A stretch of DNA of 64,000 nucleotides from Ramazzottius varieornatus (GCA_001949185.1 BDGG01000007.1:1322730-1386729); one strand, 5' to 3'; shown: positions 24,701 through 37,770, counted from the first letter of the stretch. Notes: generated by a model not told the origin, from the letters alone. Numbers and translations are program-made.

Positions 24701-27138
24701 GATGACACTGGCGGAGAACCCACCCTTCCCTTGCCATCTCTACCGTCCTTGGTCGGGGTAACCGAGACGGGTTCCGAGGCTCTCCTGACAGGCGGAGGCG
24801 CCACCACTTGTCCTTCCAGGGCGTTCTCGAACGAGTCGGCGTTAGAGGGAACCATATCGTAATCTCCATCCGCCGAACTCGTTTCACTCACGTCCAGCTC
24901 CTGAAGTGAATATTCAAAGTAAATGAGAACGAACGAAGTGGATGCGAAAGCCTTGGGACATCGGCAGACAACTTGGACGGGATCGTTTCTCAGATGGCGC
25001 ATTCCATCAGCCCATAACAATGAGAACGTGCGCTTCTTTGGAAAAACAATCGAATCTGACCAGACTGTATTCCTAAGTGGCGCATATTGCGAGCCAGTGA
25101 CAACGAAGGTGTGCGCCACGTGAGAAAACTACCACATTCAATGCTTATCATTTGTCGACGGTCCCGTCCGACGCAAGGTAGAGTAATCGTACCGATTCTT
25201 TGGTTGATGGTAAGGGTGAGGTGGCGGCTTGTGGTGATATGAGCGACTCGATGACTGACTCGTGGAGGAGCTCGGGTTCGCGTACTCGGGGCATGGCAGT
25301 GCGGAGGAACGGGTGGCTGAAGAAGTCGTCGAACTCGATACGGTCTCGGGGATTGCGACGTAAGAGACGCATCAGGAGATCGCGGAACTCAGGCGAGGTT
25401 CGATTGGGGATGGTCGGCCGTAGGTCTTGGTTTCTTTCGTAGAACTGCTTCAGCTGCTGAGGATTACTGGCCTGAAGAAATCCAACGAAATTAGTCAAAT
25501 CAAAACTTCCAGTTCCACATGCTCAGAACGTCTTGAGTTTTGATACAGTTCCCCTGCATCTCTAATTTATTTTCGATGTTGAGACGTAGGCACAGTGGCG
25601 CAGGCTTCTGGCCACTACCACTGTAAATGTGCGCCACTTTGCAAAACAATCGAAGTCGACCAGATCGTTCTTCAAGCGGTGCACGCTATCGACCAAAATG
25701 CTGTACAGGTGCGCCACTTTTCGGAGTACCGGTAAAATCGGGCTGTGGTTGTGCTAAAAGGTTTCTCACCTGGAATGGCGCTTCGCCAACAAAGCATTGA
25801 AAGAGTATCGTTCCCAGGCTCCACAAGTCCGCTTTGGCGCAGTAATGCTGCGACATGATGACCTCAGGGGCCATGTACATCGGCGACCCACACAGCGTGG
25901 CCGCCATAACGCCATCTTGCAGGAACCGCGCGAAGCCAAAGTCGGCGATCTTCAGCTGGATCTTGTCGGGTTCTGTTCGCTTAACTTCTTTCTTCTCGCA
26001 GCACAAAAGAATGTTCTGCGGCTTCAGGTCTCGGTGGACGATACCTTTAGCTTTCAGGGCTTGAATCGCCGCAGCGAGTTGACGCGCGAAGTGCCGAATG
26101 GTATCTTCCGTCAACGTTCCAGCTGCTGGAAAAATCAAAACCGGTCCGAGGAATGTCCGAAAATATAAAACATGTCCGAAAGACTTACCTTGGAGGAACT
26201 CGGAGAGGTCTCCGCCATTGCAGTATTCCATAACGAGGTAGACATGTTGGGTGGTTTCCTGTGTAAACGACGGTACCAAATAGTGAAACTCTTATCACTG
26301 TCTTTCGTCATACCTCATATTGCCATTAGAGCAACAAAGATAAAAAGCAGTCGTGAACAGGTTTATAAATATCGTCAGCGATTCAGTGTTGGGTTCTCTT
26401 TGTTGGGCGATGCAATGCATACACTGAAATTGAGAACCAGTTACACGGACTTATGACGGTGTCGCTTTACCTTGCAATCCAACAAGGACACGAGGTTTTC
26501 ATGGTGTAACGAAGCCAGTTCCTAGAAAGTAAACACTTCCTGCGTGATAAACGCGTGGTGAAACAGTGCTCGGAGGAAAAGAAACGTCACGTGAAAGTGC
26601 TGCATCGAGCGACATTTCGAGGACGGATAAAAATAATTTCGAGCAAATGATCGCGCTCCATAACTACCATCACACCACGTGCTCGTAGTACTTATCATAC
26701 GCTGAGATGTATCACGTGGTTCTGCCGTGTTACGGGGACGCAGCCGTAATCGCAGCACTAACGTCAAACATGTTAACCACGTGACTGATCCCGCCGTAAA
26801 AGTAGGCAGACACACCACGTGGTTCGACGGTTGAAACGAAATATCAATTGAACTTCGCTCGCACTAACCTTCAAAATATTGATTTCCTTTCCAAGTATTC
26901 CTTGTGACTTGGAGAGATTCTTCTTGGCAATGCATTTGATGGCGACAGGATACTCCGTCTACAAACGAGAAACCACATGTTACAGAATAAATTTCGAAGA
27001 CTCGGCGAAGAGTAAAGGGAAGAAATCACGCACACTTACAGTGCGCTGTCTTCCCTTAAAGACCATGGCGAAGGCGCCATGGCCGATGAGATCCTTCCGA
27101 TTGTACACATATTCTCCTACGGTTTCCATCACGGACAT
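21719..27138 (-). CDS. ULK1: Serine/threonine kinase ULK1/2 (Atg1/unc-51)
   Basis: [29 protein letters not shown] start; [11 protein letters not shown]; [27 protein letters not shown]; Pro/Ser-rich linker; C-terminal tandem-MIT region ([40 protein letters not shown]-like). Multiple GT-AG exons. Confidence 0.95.
22065..22245. repeat. Intronic palindromic module x2 (ULK1 intron)
   Basis: Units at 22080 (spacer 30) and 22163 (spacer 28), period 83. Confidence 0.8.
23030..23180. repeat. Intronic palindromic module x2 (ULK1 intron)
   Basis: GACAAGACTGTTTCCCAAGTGGCGC-N29-GCGCCACTTGGGACAATGATCTTGTC at 23030-23110; second unit at 23131, period 82. Confidence 0.88.
24980..25130. repeat. Intronic palindromic module x2 (ULK1 intron)
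   Basis: Units at 24994 and 25077 (spacer 29), period 83. Confidence 0.8.
25590..25725. repeat. Intronic palindromic module x2 (ULK1 intron)
   Basis: Units at 25595 (spacer 29) and 25676 (spacer 28), period 81. Confidence 0.8.
26587..26821. promoter_or_regulatory. Cluster of five CACGTG E-boxes in ULK1 intron 2
   Basis: CACGTG at 26588, 26676, 26713, 26778 and 26816; three have CLEAR-like T/A flanks (GTCACGTGA, TCACGTG, CACGTGAC). Confidence 0.6.
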
Positions 27139-28079
27139 CACGGATTAATTTTACTGCAGAATTTAGGCATGATAGTACAGGAATAAAGACGAGCTAGAGA
27201 AGTACGTGCTCAAAGAGGTGAAAACATCTGATCTGGTCGCTTCGCTAGCAATAAACTCGTAATCAACAAAGAGATGACAAATGAACGAATAGAGAGGCTG
27301 CGGAACTACTTGGAGCCTATCAGAGTTGTTCGCAGGGTTGGAGCTACGCCTACAAACAGATTTCCCTGATAGCTTCAAATCAGGGTTGAATCGCAAAGTG
27401 CGTTGAATCGCAAAGTGTTTGTTGTGGTTTGTTATAGCTGTCTTGCCGACGTTTCGGGCTGCTTGCTCGCGCGGGGAAGCCTTGATCTGGACGTCTCTTA
27501 TCTGTTCTGCTGAAAGACAGGAAGCAAAGGAAGGAGGCTTGATGTCTGTTGCGGACGGATCTGTCGAGGTAACCTTGAGAAGCGCTCGACGGCCAGCAAC
27601 TCGACGGCCATCAGCAATAGGCAAAAGGTCCGACGGAGCTTCCTTTCGCCAGCCAAATTCTTCCAGGATTAGGAGCCCGGTGCTCTAGGGGTGATGCGCA
27701 ACCAATAAACCGTAGGCGCGTAGTTATCCATACAAGGATATACTTGGAAATAGCTTAGCATAGCAGTAAAGTTACAGGATTCGACGTCGTAGGAGCACGA
27801 TAGCAGTCTTAGCAGGTGGGCTCGTCGAAACAAGCTTCTTCCAGCCTCTCAAGACAACCTAAATACCTTCCTTCTCTGCCGTGTTGAGTTGAGACGACAC
27901 AGCAAGCGCCTGGAGCAAGGAGATGACGCTGCGTTTGAGACGCCCAAGTAATCTTGGACAGAAGTTGCGAAAACACGCAGGACGCCATTGCGCGAAGCTG
28001 GAGAAACGCGAAAGCACCTCGCACCGGGTGCCGTTTCAGGTTATCAGCAAACAAGCCGAGATCCCTGATAGCTTTCGAG

Positions 28080-28516
28080 TAGAGCACTGGGCCGCAGGTC
28101 CAAAAGTATGCTGTAACTGTGCTGCGCATATTATCAGGGCGCTGTACGCTGTGCCGTGCTGCAACAACTTTCATGCCCAGTGCCTAGGCAGCTGTGCTGC
28201 AGATGCACGTTGACCTGGTGCGACTGCGCGGAACGCCGATGTATTGACGTGGTTTGTAATTCAGTCAGCGAAATCGGTAGTCCACCTGGAGAACGTTGCC
28301 TTAAAGTACGGCAAAGCTCTGACGACTGACGTTCGAGTGCCCAAAAACTGTAATTTTTGTTAGGTTTCGGTAGGTGCATCTGCGCGGTAGTCTATGGCTT
28401 TCTGCTGCATGCTGTGCTGTGCCGAATAAATTTCGTCAGTTCACGCGCTACAGCTGTGCTGCAGCACAGCACAGCTGCAGTACAGTGCAGCGCATGCGGC
28501 CAGATTCCGTGCTCTA
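28080..28516 (+). mobile_element. Non-autonomous hAT element (MITE), 437 bp
   Basis: TAGAGCAC...GTGCTCTA termini; 8-bp flanks CTTTCGAG / CTTTAGAG (7 of 8 identical); GCTGTGCTGCA-rich subterminal repeats. Confidence 0.85.
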
Positions 28517-31500
28517 CTTTAGAGTCATCAGGGTCAACAAAAAGTCGTCAGGGTTCGGTTCAACCAATCTGGGCACCGTTCCTGTCTATTTGTAAACCGA
28601 AACCCTGATCATGATTTCACCCTTGATCGCCCGGGGAGTTCCCCATAATCAGTCTAATGACCACGCATCGGCTGGGGCCGGAAATGGGGGAAAAATGACC
28701 ACCCTAAATGGCTCTGGTTTACAAGAGGTGGAAATTTCCATCCTGGAAGAGCAGGGTGGGAACGGCAGGATGGAAAAGCTGAGATAGGGTGGGATTACCG
28801 GTTTAGCTAAGCTAGTCCAGTAAGGAAGGGAATCGCCTTGTTGAGGTCTGATTCGCACACTCCATAAAACTTTCATGAATTTCTGCCACGAAAAACGCTG
28901 AGAAGGAAATTTTATAGAGAGTCAGAGAGGAAAATTGTACGAATTTGACTTTCGTGCCCCATTTCGACCTCTCAAGGCATTCTGAACTGGAAACGGCATA
29001 CAAGAGGCAGATAGTGCATTATCTATAAAACTGTATCAGCCAAAATTATATCCAAGGTCTTCAAAGAGAGCAGATGTGGATGGAAGCAGAGAACCTTCAA
29101 AATCTGACCAGTTGCCGCTCCTATTGACCATATGTGAGAGAGGAGCCTGTCCTTTCGCTGTTCCTACTCGCACGCAGAGGCTGCTCGCTCAGTACTCCTC
29201 ATCTCAATGGAGAGATAGATTCTGGCAGATTATTTTGCCTCCTGCTACCATTCCATGCGTTGTGGCCACTAATAACTAAACAAGAGAGCCATGCACAGCA
29301 CTAAAGCGGAGGGAAGCTTTTGCATAACGGACACAGAGACCGCCAACTATTCGCCATCTCTTCAACGAATTACCCAACCTCGACTTTCTTGCACTCTGTA
29401 CAACATTGATAAGGTCTTGATGTCGGAAATGAAGGTGGCAGGTCCGCTATGTTGTAGGTTCCAGTAGTTCTCCATTCTCACCCAGTCTACGGCAAAACTG
29501 AACCCACGCAGCCCGACGAGTACCATCACTGGCAGCACATGGAAATTGGAAGAAATGAATTTGCGAATTGTTTTTACCAAATCGATTCTTTACAGCAAGC
29601 ACCAGAGTAAGATTTTTCTAAAGACACCTCGGCCAAGATTGAAAGCGCGAAAACTAAATTAATGATGTACTATAACTGAGATCCTTTCGGATGGACACTG
29701 TCCGTATGCGCAGGCATGCTACAGTTCAAGTCCATTACATGGTGAGCAGAACTACTGTAAAAAGCAAATCGATTTGATGTCATGTATTGCGCACAAGACT
29801 CGAAAAATGGTCGGAGAGTTTTTAGCAGTCATCATTTTTTGGTGTGTAGGATTAGGACCTCAAACTCACTTCCTTCCGTTCATCTCGTACGTGCGGCCAC
29901 CATTAAGCAATGCTTGATAATGCACTGTGGAAACAGTAAATCCTGTTTGAATTTCCACTGCTCCGCTTACGCAAGAACAGTCGCAGCATTTCGATATTCT
30001 TGTTTTTGGTCAGAAGCAGATATAAGACAAGGTTCACTGAAGGACGACAGGCTCTACTGTAGATAAGTAGCTCTACGTAACACCGCTTCGTGACTCGACA
30101 CTTACGTGTCCTGGTCTTGACCGAAAACCCTCGCTTGCATGAAAATGCGCGAACCGTCAGACTAAATTCAAAGTGAAGACTGACCAAAAGTGTGACCGAC
30201 CTTCGCTATCGTAATAACTGAAACAAGATGCTTGAATTAACTTCATCTGTAGCGACGGCCATGGGGTCGACAAATTCACGAAATACATTTAATGTTCACG
30301 ACATGAATAGGCTACAGGACTGCAGAAACAGTGATTCTCTGGTTCTAGTAACCAAAATAGAAGATGTGCAGTATTCCAAAAGGTATTCAAAACTCCGAAT
30401 GGACGGTCGTGTGAAAATCAAGTTTTCAGTTAGACGAAACGACAGCGCTACCGCTGGGCCCCATCATCTGCGGAGTTTTGCCGGTACTGCGACGTCCATT
30501 TGCTGATCGCATCAGACTTTTAGACTGAATACTGGCGCTACGTCGCGTTTCCTAGTCCGCAAGATCGACGTTAGCATAGAACCATCATATCATGTTACAT
30601 CCTGTTGGCTGGAAATATGTGATCAATTTTTCAGTTTGGTTGGTGTATAAAAGCACCGTGCAAAACCATCATCAACCTTGTTCTCAAGGCGCAAACATTT
30701 CGGAAAATTTAGATTAGGCATTGCAACAAATTGTCATGATTGGGCGCGTGAGAATCGATAGGAGATGGTCAGGGTAATTTTACAGGTCCTGCGTCCGGGT
30801 GTACTTCCTGTGTTATAGGCTACAGAGCAGTTCTTTGCGTGCCTTCGAAAACGCGTTTGAACTGCAGATTGCACTGGTTGGCCAAACCATCCGCTATACA
30901 ACCATTACTGACTCAGCACAGGCTGACTGTGAAGCATCGATAATTTAATTCGTTTTTGTCACGTCTGCTTGAAAAAACCACTTTGATGCCCTTCGGTGCG
31001 GCGGTCCGTCATAGTTTCCAGATTTGTTCGTGGAGAAGAAATCATGCAACACTTGAGTTACCTAACAAAATTTACAGTGATACACCGCTCATTTTGAAAG
31101 GTTTGATTCCGTTGCGAGAGTCTTGTTTCTTTGGACAGTCGCACTCTAGAGATACATCGAGTTATGGCACAAGAATTATCTTACTCCAATGCAATTTTCT
31201 GCAATGAGGTGGCTTTACAAAATGCTCTTCCTGGTTTCGCGTTCGCATACTTGCAGTCTACGTCAATATATATCTTGTTTACCTGAACCAAGTGGGACAT
31301 AGGTTCATCTGCAGCGACCACGCAGAACAATACCGCTGTGTGGAGTTTCCCTATAATTTTCTGAAAACTTCAAAAACTAAGGCTAAGCAAGAAGAGAAAA
31401 CTGAATGAGGAATCCACTTCCTCCATTTGCTGCAGTAGGCAGCAAAGCAATGGCTATGTTTTTTGTGTCCCTATATTACCTGCCTCAAGTGAAAAGCAAT

Positions 31501-31681
31501 CAGTCAATCAACTGTAGCGAGAAGTTTGATATAGGCTACATCGTCTCCCACCCCGGATTGGCTTGCTAGCGTACCCGCTGCCAATGACTTCGTTACGACG
31601 GTGGAGCCACGACGTCCGCCCTTCAAGGCACCGAGGTGGTCGAGCGCCAGCCGAACGGGTCTGTGCCAAACAACAGCGCAC

Positions 31682-32536
31682 TAGAGCACGGAATCTGGCC
31701 GCATGCGCTGCACTGTACTGCAGCTGTGCTGTGCTGCAGCACAGCTGTAGCGCGTGAACTGACGAAATTTATTCGGCACAGCACAGCATGCAGCAGAAAG
31801 CCATAGACTACCGCGCAGATGCACCTACCGAAACCTAACAAAAATTACAGTTTTTGGGCACTCGAACGTCAGTCGTCAGAGCTTTGCCGTACTTTAAGGC
31901 AACGTTCTCCAGGTGGACTACCGATTTCGCTGACTGAATTACAAACCACGTCAATACATCGGCGTTCCGCGCAGTCGCACCAGGTCAACGTGCATCTGCA
32001 GCACAGCTAGAGCACTGGGCCGCAGGTTCAAAATTACGCAGCAACTGTGCTGCGCACGCTACAGGTCGCTGTACGCTGCGCGGTACTGCACAACTTTCAT
32101 GCGCAGTGGCTAGGCAGCTGCGCTGCAGATGCACGTGGACCTGTTGCAACTGCGCTGCACGCTGATGTACTGAATTTTGTTGTAGTATTGTCGGCAAAAT
32201 GGGTAGTCCACCGGGAAAACGTGGCCATACGGTACGGCAAAACTCGGATGCCTGAAACTTGAATACCTAAAAGTACCAATTTTTGTTAAGTGTTGGTCCG
32301 TGGATCTGCGCGGCAGTCTTCGGCTTCCTGCTGCATGCTGTGCTGTGCTGCAGAAATTGCATCGATTTCTGTACTGCAGTGCAGTACAGTGCAGCGCCTG
32401 CGGCCAGATTCTGCTCTAAGCACAGCTGCTTAGCCACTGGGCATGGAAGTTGTGCAGCGCAGCGCAGCGTACTACGCCCGGGTAATGTGCGCAGCACAGT
32501 TACAGCGTACTTTTGGACCTGCGGCCCAGTGCTCTA
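31682..32536 (-). mobile_element. Same hAT MITE family in inverted orientation, interrupted by a nested copy
   Basis: 31682-32007 is the exact reverse complement of 28191-28516; 32419-32536 is a diverged reverse complement of 28080-28198. Confidence 0.85.
32008..32418 (+). mobile_element. Nested hAT MITE copy with a perfect 8-bp TSD
   Basis: TAGAGCA...TGCTCTA flanked by AGCACAGC at 32000-32007 and 32419-32426. Confidence 0.9.
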
Positions 32537-32921
32537 CTGTATTCTCTCCGGAAATGGATGCACGTCACTGATATCTGGGTCACAAGAATGTTAGCGTAGC
32601 TTCTACACAAAGCCATCATGGCGTCAGATCTTGACGTTTTTACGGACAGCTTTAGTAGCCAATCAGCGCAGTCGGACAAAATACTATTAGTCTGTGCGAG
32701 TCATCCATTGAACAGCTGATTTCATAACTTAATCAAGCAAAATGTGGACTCTCCGGATTGATTTGATTGATTGAATCCTGTGGCGTCACACCTGTCTCAA
32801 TCGTATGAGCTACCGCCTACCGACCAGATCTGCAGTTTCACAGTGACGTAAATCCATTTCCGGAGAGAATACAGTGCAGCGCACATTGTCAAGGGTGTGT
32901 CTTCTGCCCGAAAGGTGTGAA

Positions 32922-33000
32922 GGTCGCCCTTCCCGCCCGGGGTCCGGTCGCCCATTCCCGCGAGGGGTCCGGTCGCCCATTCCCGCGAGGGGTCCGGTCG
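32922..33000 (+). repeat. GC-rich 25-bp tandem repeat at the 5' end of the KH-Tudor gene
   Basis: Unit GGGGTCCGGTCGCCCATTCCCGCGA, about 3 copies, upstream of a CAG|GTAAGT donor near 33147. Confidence 0.8.
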
Positions 33001-33856
33001 TGCAACAACGAACGACGCAGGATTTTTCTGAAAAAAGAAATACGAGTACTTTCTGTTTTCCTCCGATTTCCTGGACGACTCAGCGCTTCCCTGCTTTATC
33101 TTCGCGTCTCGCTCCGGTGTCGGTGATCAGCGAACACAGCGGTCAGGTAAGTGACAAGAAACCGTTCGATCTTGACAATCAAGAAGGATGAGGCTGCGTT
33201 CCAGGATTCCCCACGTCGTGTAGCAGTGGGAGTCAACTTCCCCGATTTTCTGGAATATCGACTGTTCCCTCACATCCCGTCTGAACTTTCAACGGTAAGC
33301 GAGTCATGCTGCTCGTTATGCAGCGATACACAGGACATACAGTGCTGGACACCGATGTTTTTTTAAATACTACACTCCAGGGCAAAGTGCGCAGCTAATG
33401 GATGATTTCACAATCACCGCACAGCTGATCCACATCGCGCACTTCTTCCAGAAGTCCTGCGTGTTACGAGCTGATCTCTCCCTATTTACTGCCCTTTCAT
33501 TTTCGTGAGGGTTCCGCGAGTTTGTCTGACAAAGGTGAAACGGGATTCTTAACGCAGGAGAGCAGTTCTAAGCTATTGCGCATCGAGACGCAGACCTGCA
33601 GTTATGGGCATCTCCGTTATGCACCTACGTACTTGATGTTTCTCGGAATTTGCCAATTTAGAAGTTTCCGCGTCGTTGTCCTTGGTCTCTGATGACTATC
33701 CTAGCGACGAGCTGTCGCAGAAGTCCACCTTTATTTACCCTGATGGTTGATCCTTCTCTGTTTCTACTACTGAGCCTTGTTTGTGCTGCAGGACGTTTTC
33801 CATGTGGAAGTTAACATCTGCCGGTTCATCCTTATCTGATCTGTTCTTGTGGCACC

Positions 33857-36800
33857 ATGGCTTGGGCATCCAAGGGCCCTTCTTTTGCTGATATCTTGAA
33901 GCAACGCCAACAACGCGAGAAGGAGGAGAAGGAAGCGGCTGAGAAGGAGGCTAAACTTAAGGCAGAGGAAGCGAAGAAAGCCAAAGCGAAGAAAGCCAAA
34001 GCGGAAGCGGACAGACTGAGAGCGGAGGAAGCTAAGGCGCGACAAGAACGTGCTCTTGTTGGTCGTCCACGCTTCGGGCCCGGACACCCTCTTCCCGCTG
34101 CTCAACCAGTACCTGTTCCCCAAGAAACTAAACCTCAAGAGGTTACTGAAGTTCGGAAGGACTACGCCAACGCAGTCGCGAAGGAACCTCCTCCTTCAAA
34201 TGAAAATAAAATCGAAGGTACGTGTGACCAATCAACAATCAAGCGCACAATATCGGTGTCTCGTTGATTGTTGATTGTGCGCGTTTGCTGTTTAAGTTTT
34301 GGTTTCCATCGTTTAAATTTTTTTCAACTCTTTGTATCGTTCCCTTTAGCTTCTTCCGCGACTAAGGAGCCCGTTTCCGAAGCTAAAGCACCTGTAGAAA
34401 CTCCCACAACACCTGTGAAGCCCAGCAAGTCGTCACCTGGTCCTTCTACGCCCACGGGACAGGACGAACTTGCGAGTCGCTCTTCTCCGCAGAAAGATGG
34501 CCAGCTGCCTTCCTTGTCCTCTAGCGCCACTTCGCTGACGACTTCGGATTCTCAAAGCTCAAACCAGCCCACTGAACTACATCCAGATAGCTCAGTGAAA
34601 CCGGACAGAAAACCAGACAATGTACAAGAGACTTCCTCCAAGGAAGAAACCAGAACTACTTCCGCTTCGGTCAAAACCGACGCCAAAGTTCCTTCCGCGC
34701 CGAAACCTGCTCAGAAGCCCGTCGTTCAGAACGGTGTGAAGCAGGACACGGCGAGACGGAAGAACGAAGGCGGAGGTGATGCAGCGTACTACTACAAAGA
34801 AGATAGATACTACAACGGCTACAAGAACTACAGACAGAATAACGGCTACGAACGCCATCCTAATTCCAACGGCTACTCGAACCAGTACAACCGAGAGTAC
34901 CACAGAGCTCCTTCCGGCTACAACCAGAACGGTCATCAGCAACCTCAACCTTCGTGGGGATACCAAGAAGCTCAACAGGTTGATGGAAACGCATACTCTT
35001 ACCAACCACCACAAAATGCGGTTTATCCGTACTACGAGAATTCTGGCGTTCAGGTAAATACTTGATTGATTACAGACATCAAGTTGTCACCGCCAGATGA
35101 AAGTCCCACTGTAGCTAAGATGAGTTGCAACGTTACTCATAAGCGCAGCAGCTGATCAGAACTTTGAATAGTTGGGCAGCCACCATGCTTCCCAATGCTA
35201 GCCAACCGGAACTCCGATTACGCTATTTTTCAAAAATAAGGGGAGCTTCGGAAAGCAAAATGTAGTTACACGTCACGAAAGGGGCGGAGCAAGGCCGTAG
35301 CTACAGTTGCAAAATGAACGGAAGTGGCAACTTAATCTCTGTATTGATACACAGGATGAAACAGCAGTTATCGGCTTCTGTAACGTGACACCCCGATGGT
35401 GCGGGTTGTAATTTACTGTTTGACCGCATATGCACGGGTGGTACCGTAAAAGATGCCCGGTGTGTTTACGGTGATATTTTACTGAAACTGTGTTCTTGCA
35501 GTATTACCAGCCTGTAACGGAAATTACGACGAGGAACGGTCCCCTCTTCATCAACCCAATGTTCTCCAGCGCCTATGCGTACTACGGCGCTTCTCAAGCT
35601 GCGGCATTCGGCAGCGGGGACGCGACCAACGGGCACGCGTATGCAGGAGGACCGTATAGCCAGAACGGCGTCTCGCAGGGGTACGCCAATGGATACGCCC
35701 AAGCACCTCCTGCCACACCGTCTGTGATCAAGTCGTTCTACTTTGACTCGGAATACACAGGCTTCATTCTGGGGAAGGGCGGCCAGTATGTCAAGGACGA
35801 ACAGTTTCGGTATCAGTGTAAGATTTGGATCGATGAAGAGAACACTCATAAGCAAGGATACTCCGTCCTTTACATCCACGGTAAGTCTCTTCCCTCTCCT
35901 TCACCTGATTCCTCCCCTGTTAAGCATATTCTTGTTTCAGGTGTCAACGAGAACGTCGACGCAGCTGCTCACCACATTCATCATCGGCTGGAAGGTGCTG
36001 GCGGAAAACTCTTTCCCGTTGTGGGTGTCCATTCCGAGAACGTTCTGTATCCCCAGATACACAGGGTAACTCTCTGGTTCTGTCTTTCGGCAGTTAAAAA
36101 GAGCTTAATGACGATGTTTTCTAGTTGAGTTTGCCGCTGAACGTGGCGCTGAACGCCTACGTTACACATGTGGAAGAAACCACCGTCTTTATCCAGCAGC
36201 CCAGTCATCCAACTTACCCCAAACTCTTCGGACTGGAGCCTCAGCTAGCCAAACATTGCTCAGATGTCCAAGTACCCTTAATTGACATTCACCATAGCCC
36301 CGTTGACAAAGGTATGATTCCCCTTTGTATTTCTCAAGAATTTGACTTCTTTGGTCCACTTGCATACTTCGGACTGTGCATTTACCATGCTGTGCGAATA
36401 TGCAGGTTGGGCAAGCTGGGGCGCTTTGTATCTGCTCTTTTTTCCCGCAGTCTTCTTCAAATTTTATTGGTTAATTTCTGTGGTAGGCTGTTACGTGGTG
36501 GCGCCAGTGAATGACACTGACCAGTGGTTACGTGCCATGGTGTTGTCTCCGCCGGATGAGGATGGAATGATACTATTGCGGTCTCTCGATCACGGCTTTC
36601 CCTTCTCCGTCCCGGCCACCGGTTTGAAGCTTCTTCAACCTGAGTTCTGCACCACCCCGGCCCAGGCGATTGAATGCAAGCTCATAAGTGGGAGGTTCGG
36701 TAAGTAACTTTTCCGGTACATTGGAGCTCGGCGAAATAACTTGACAAGATTGTTTTCTCAGCTGGCGCACGTTTTCGGTGTTAGTGGCCGGCTGCCTGCG

Positions 36801-37101
36801 CCACTTGAGAAAACTGGTCATGTCCACTTTCCAAGTGGCGCACGTTTCCCGTGTTATTGGCAGGAAGCCTGCGCCACTGGAAGAAACGATCTTGTAGACT
36901 TTGCTTGCCGAGCTTTAGCATACTTTTTGTAGTGTTTCTGACCGGGTTGATCTTGCAGATAATACCAAGACTATCACCGAGCAGATCAATCACAACATTC
37001 CAGCGACGGTGAACAAGCAGTGGGTGAAGGTTCGTGCCGTGGGTAAGGACGATGAAACGGGCATTCCAGTGATCGAAATGTGGATTAATCCCTGTGGTTA
37101 G
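33857..37101 (+). CDS. KH + Tudor domain protein, AKAP1/spoonbill-like
   Basis: Exons about 33857-34217, 34351-35053, 35502-35881, 35941-36064, 36125-36311, 36487-36700 and 36959-37101. KH motif GFILGKGGQYVK; extended Tudor VFIQQPSHPTYPKL...WLRAMV...LDHG...PAQAIECKL. Confidence 0.75.
36725..36914. repeat. Most complete intronic palindromic element (two modules plus outer arms)
   Basis: AGCTCGGC...GACAAGATTGTTTT [unit 36762, N29] [unit 36835, N29] AAACGATCTTGT...GCCGAGCT; period 73. Confidence 0.9.
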
Positions 37102-37770
37102 TCTTGCGTACTCCTTGTCAGTCAGCATCGACATCCCTGTGGTCTCTCTTGGTTGGAAAGCTCGAGCTGGATTCTCAGGACGACAAATGCGGTCTTGTGT
37201 TGTTTTGGGATTTTGATACGTTTAGCTTTCAATACGGGCTCGTCCTATTTTTAAAATACTTTTTTACAGCAAAGACGACGAAAAGTGTTGTTGCCTTCAT
37301 GCTCTTGTTACTCTGGTTCATTTCCTGCTCATCCGACAGTCAGCTTCACGTACATTTCAGCCAGATTTAGTCAAGTGCCTTTACCTCGAGTTATTTTTGA
37401 TACAAAGCAAAAATGTGAGAAAATATTGGGGAATATTTGTTGATTTCTTAGTTTCGTTCTGTTGATTTTTTCTCTCCTCTCGCTCTGCCTTTTGTTCATT
37501 TTCTACGACGTTGTAGCCTTCTTTCATTTATCCCACGTGTTTATCCGTTGTCCTACGAAATGTATACCATAAAACTTATGTAGAAATCTACGCTCGATTC
37601 AAACAGCCGAAATAAAATCAGGTTTATAAAAGAACGATCCGAGTATTCAATAGTAAAGACGCTTTGTTCTAAAGGCAACATCTGAAAGCGGTACGACAAA
37701 CAGACGAAAACACTGAAAACAGTACGGCATGTTAGAGGAAATCAGCTGAAAATATTTCAGAATTCTATTT

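Noticed and set aside
28520-31680. Possible cargo or transposase between the inverted hAT MITEs
   Set aside because: Only short ORFs with no motif I can recognise, and the left MITE has its own TSD, so it is not the end of a composite element.
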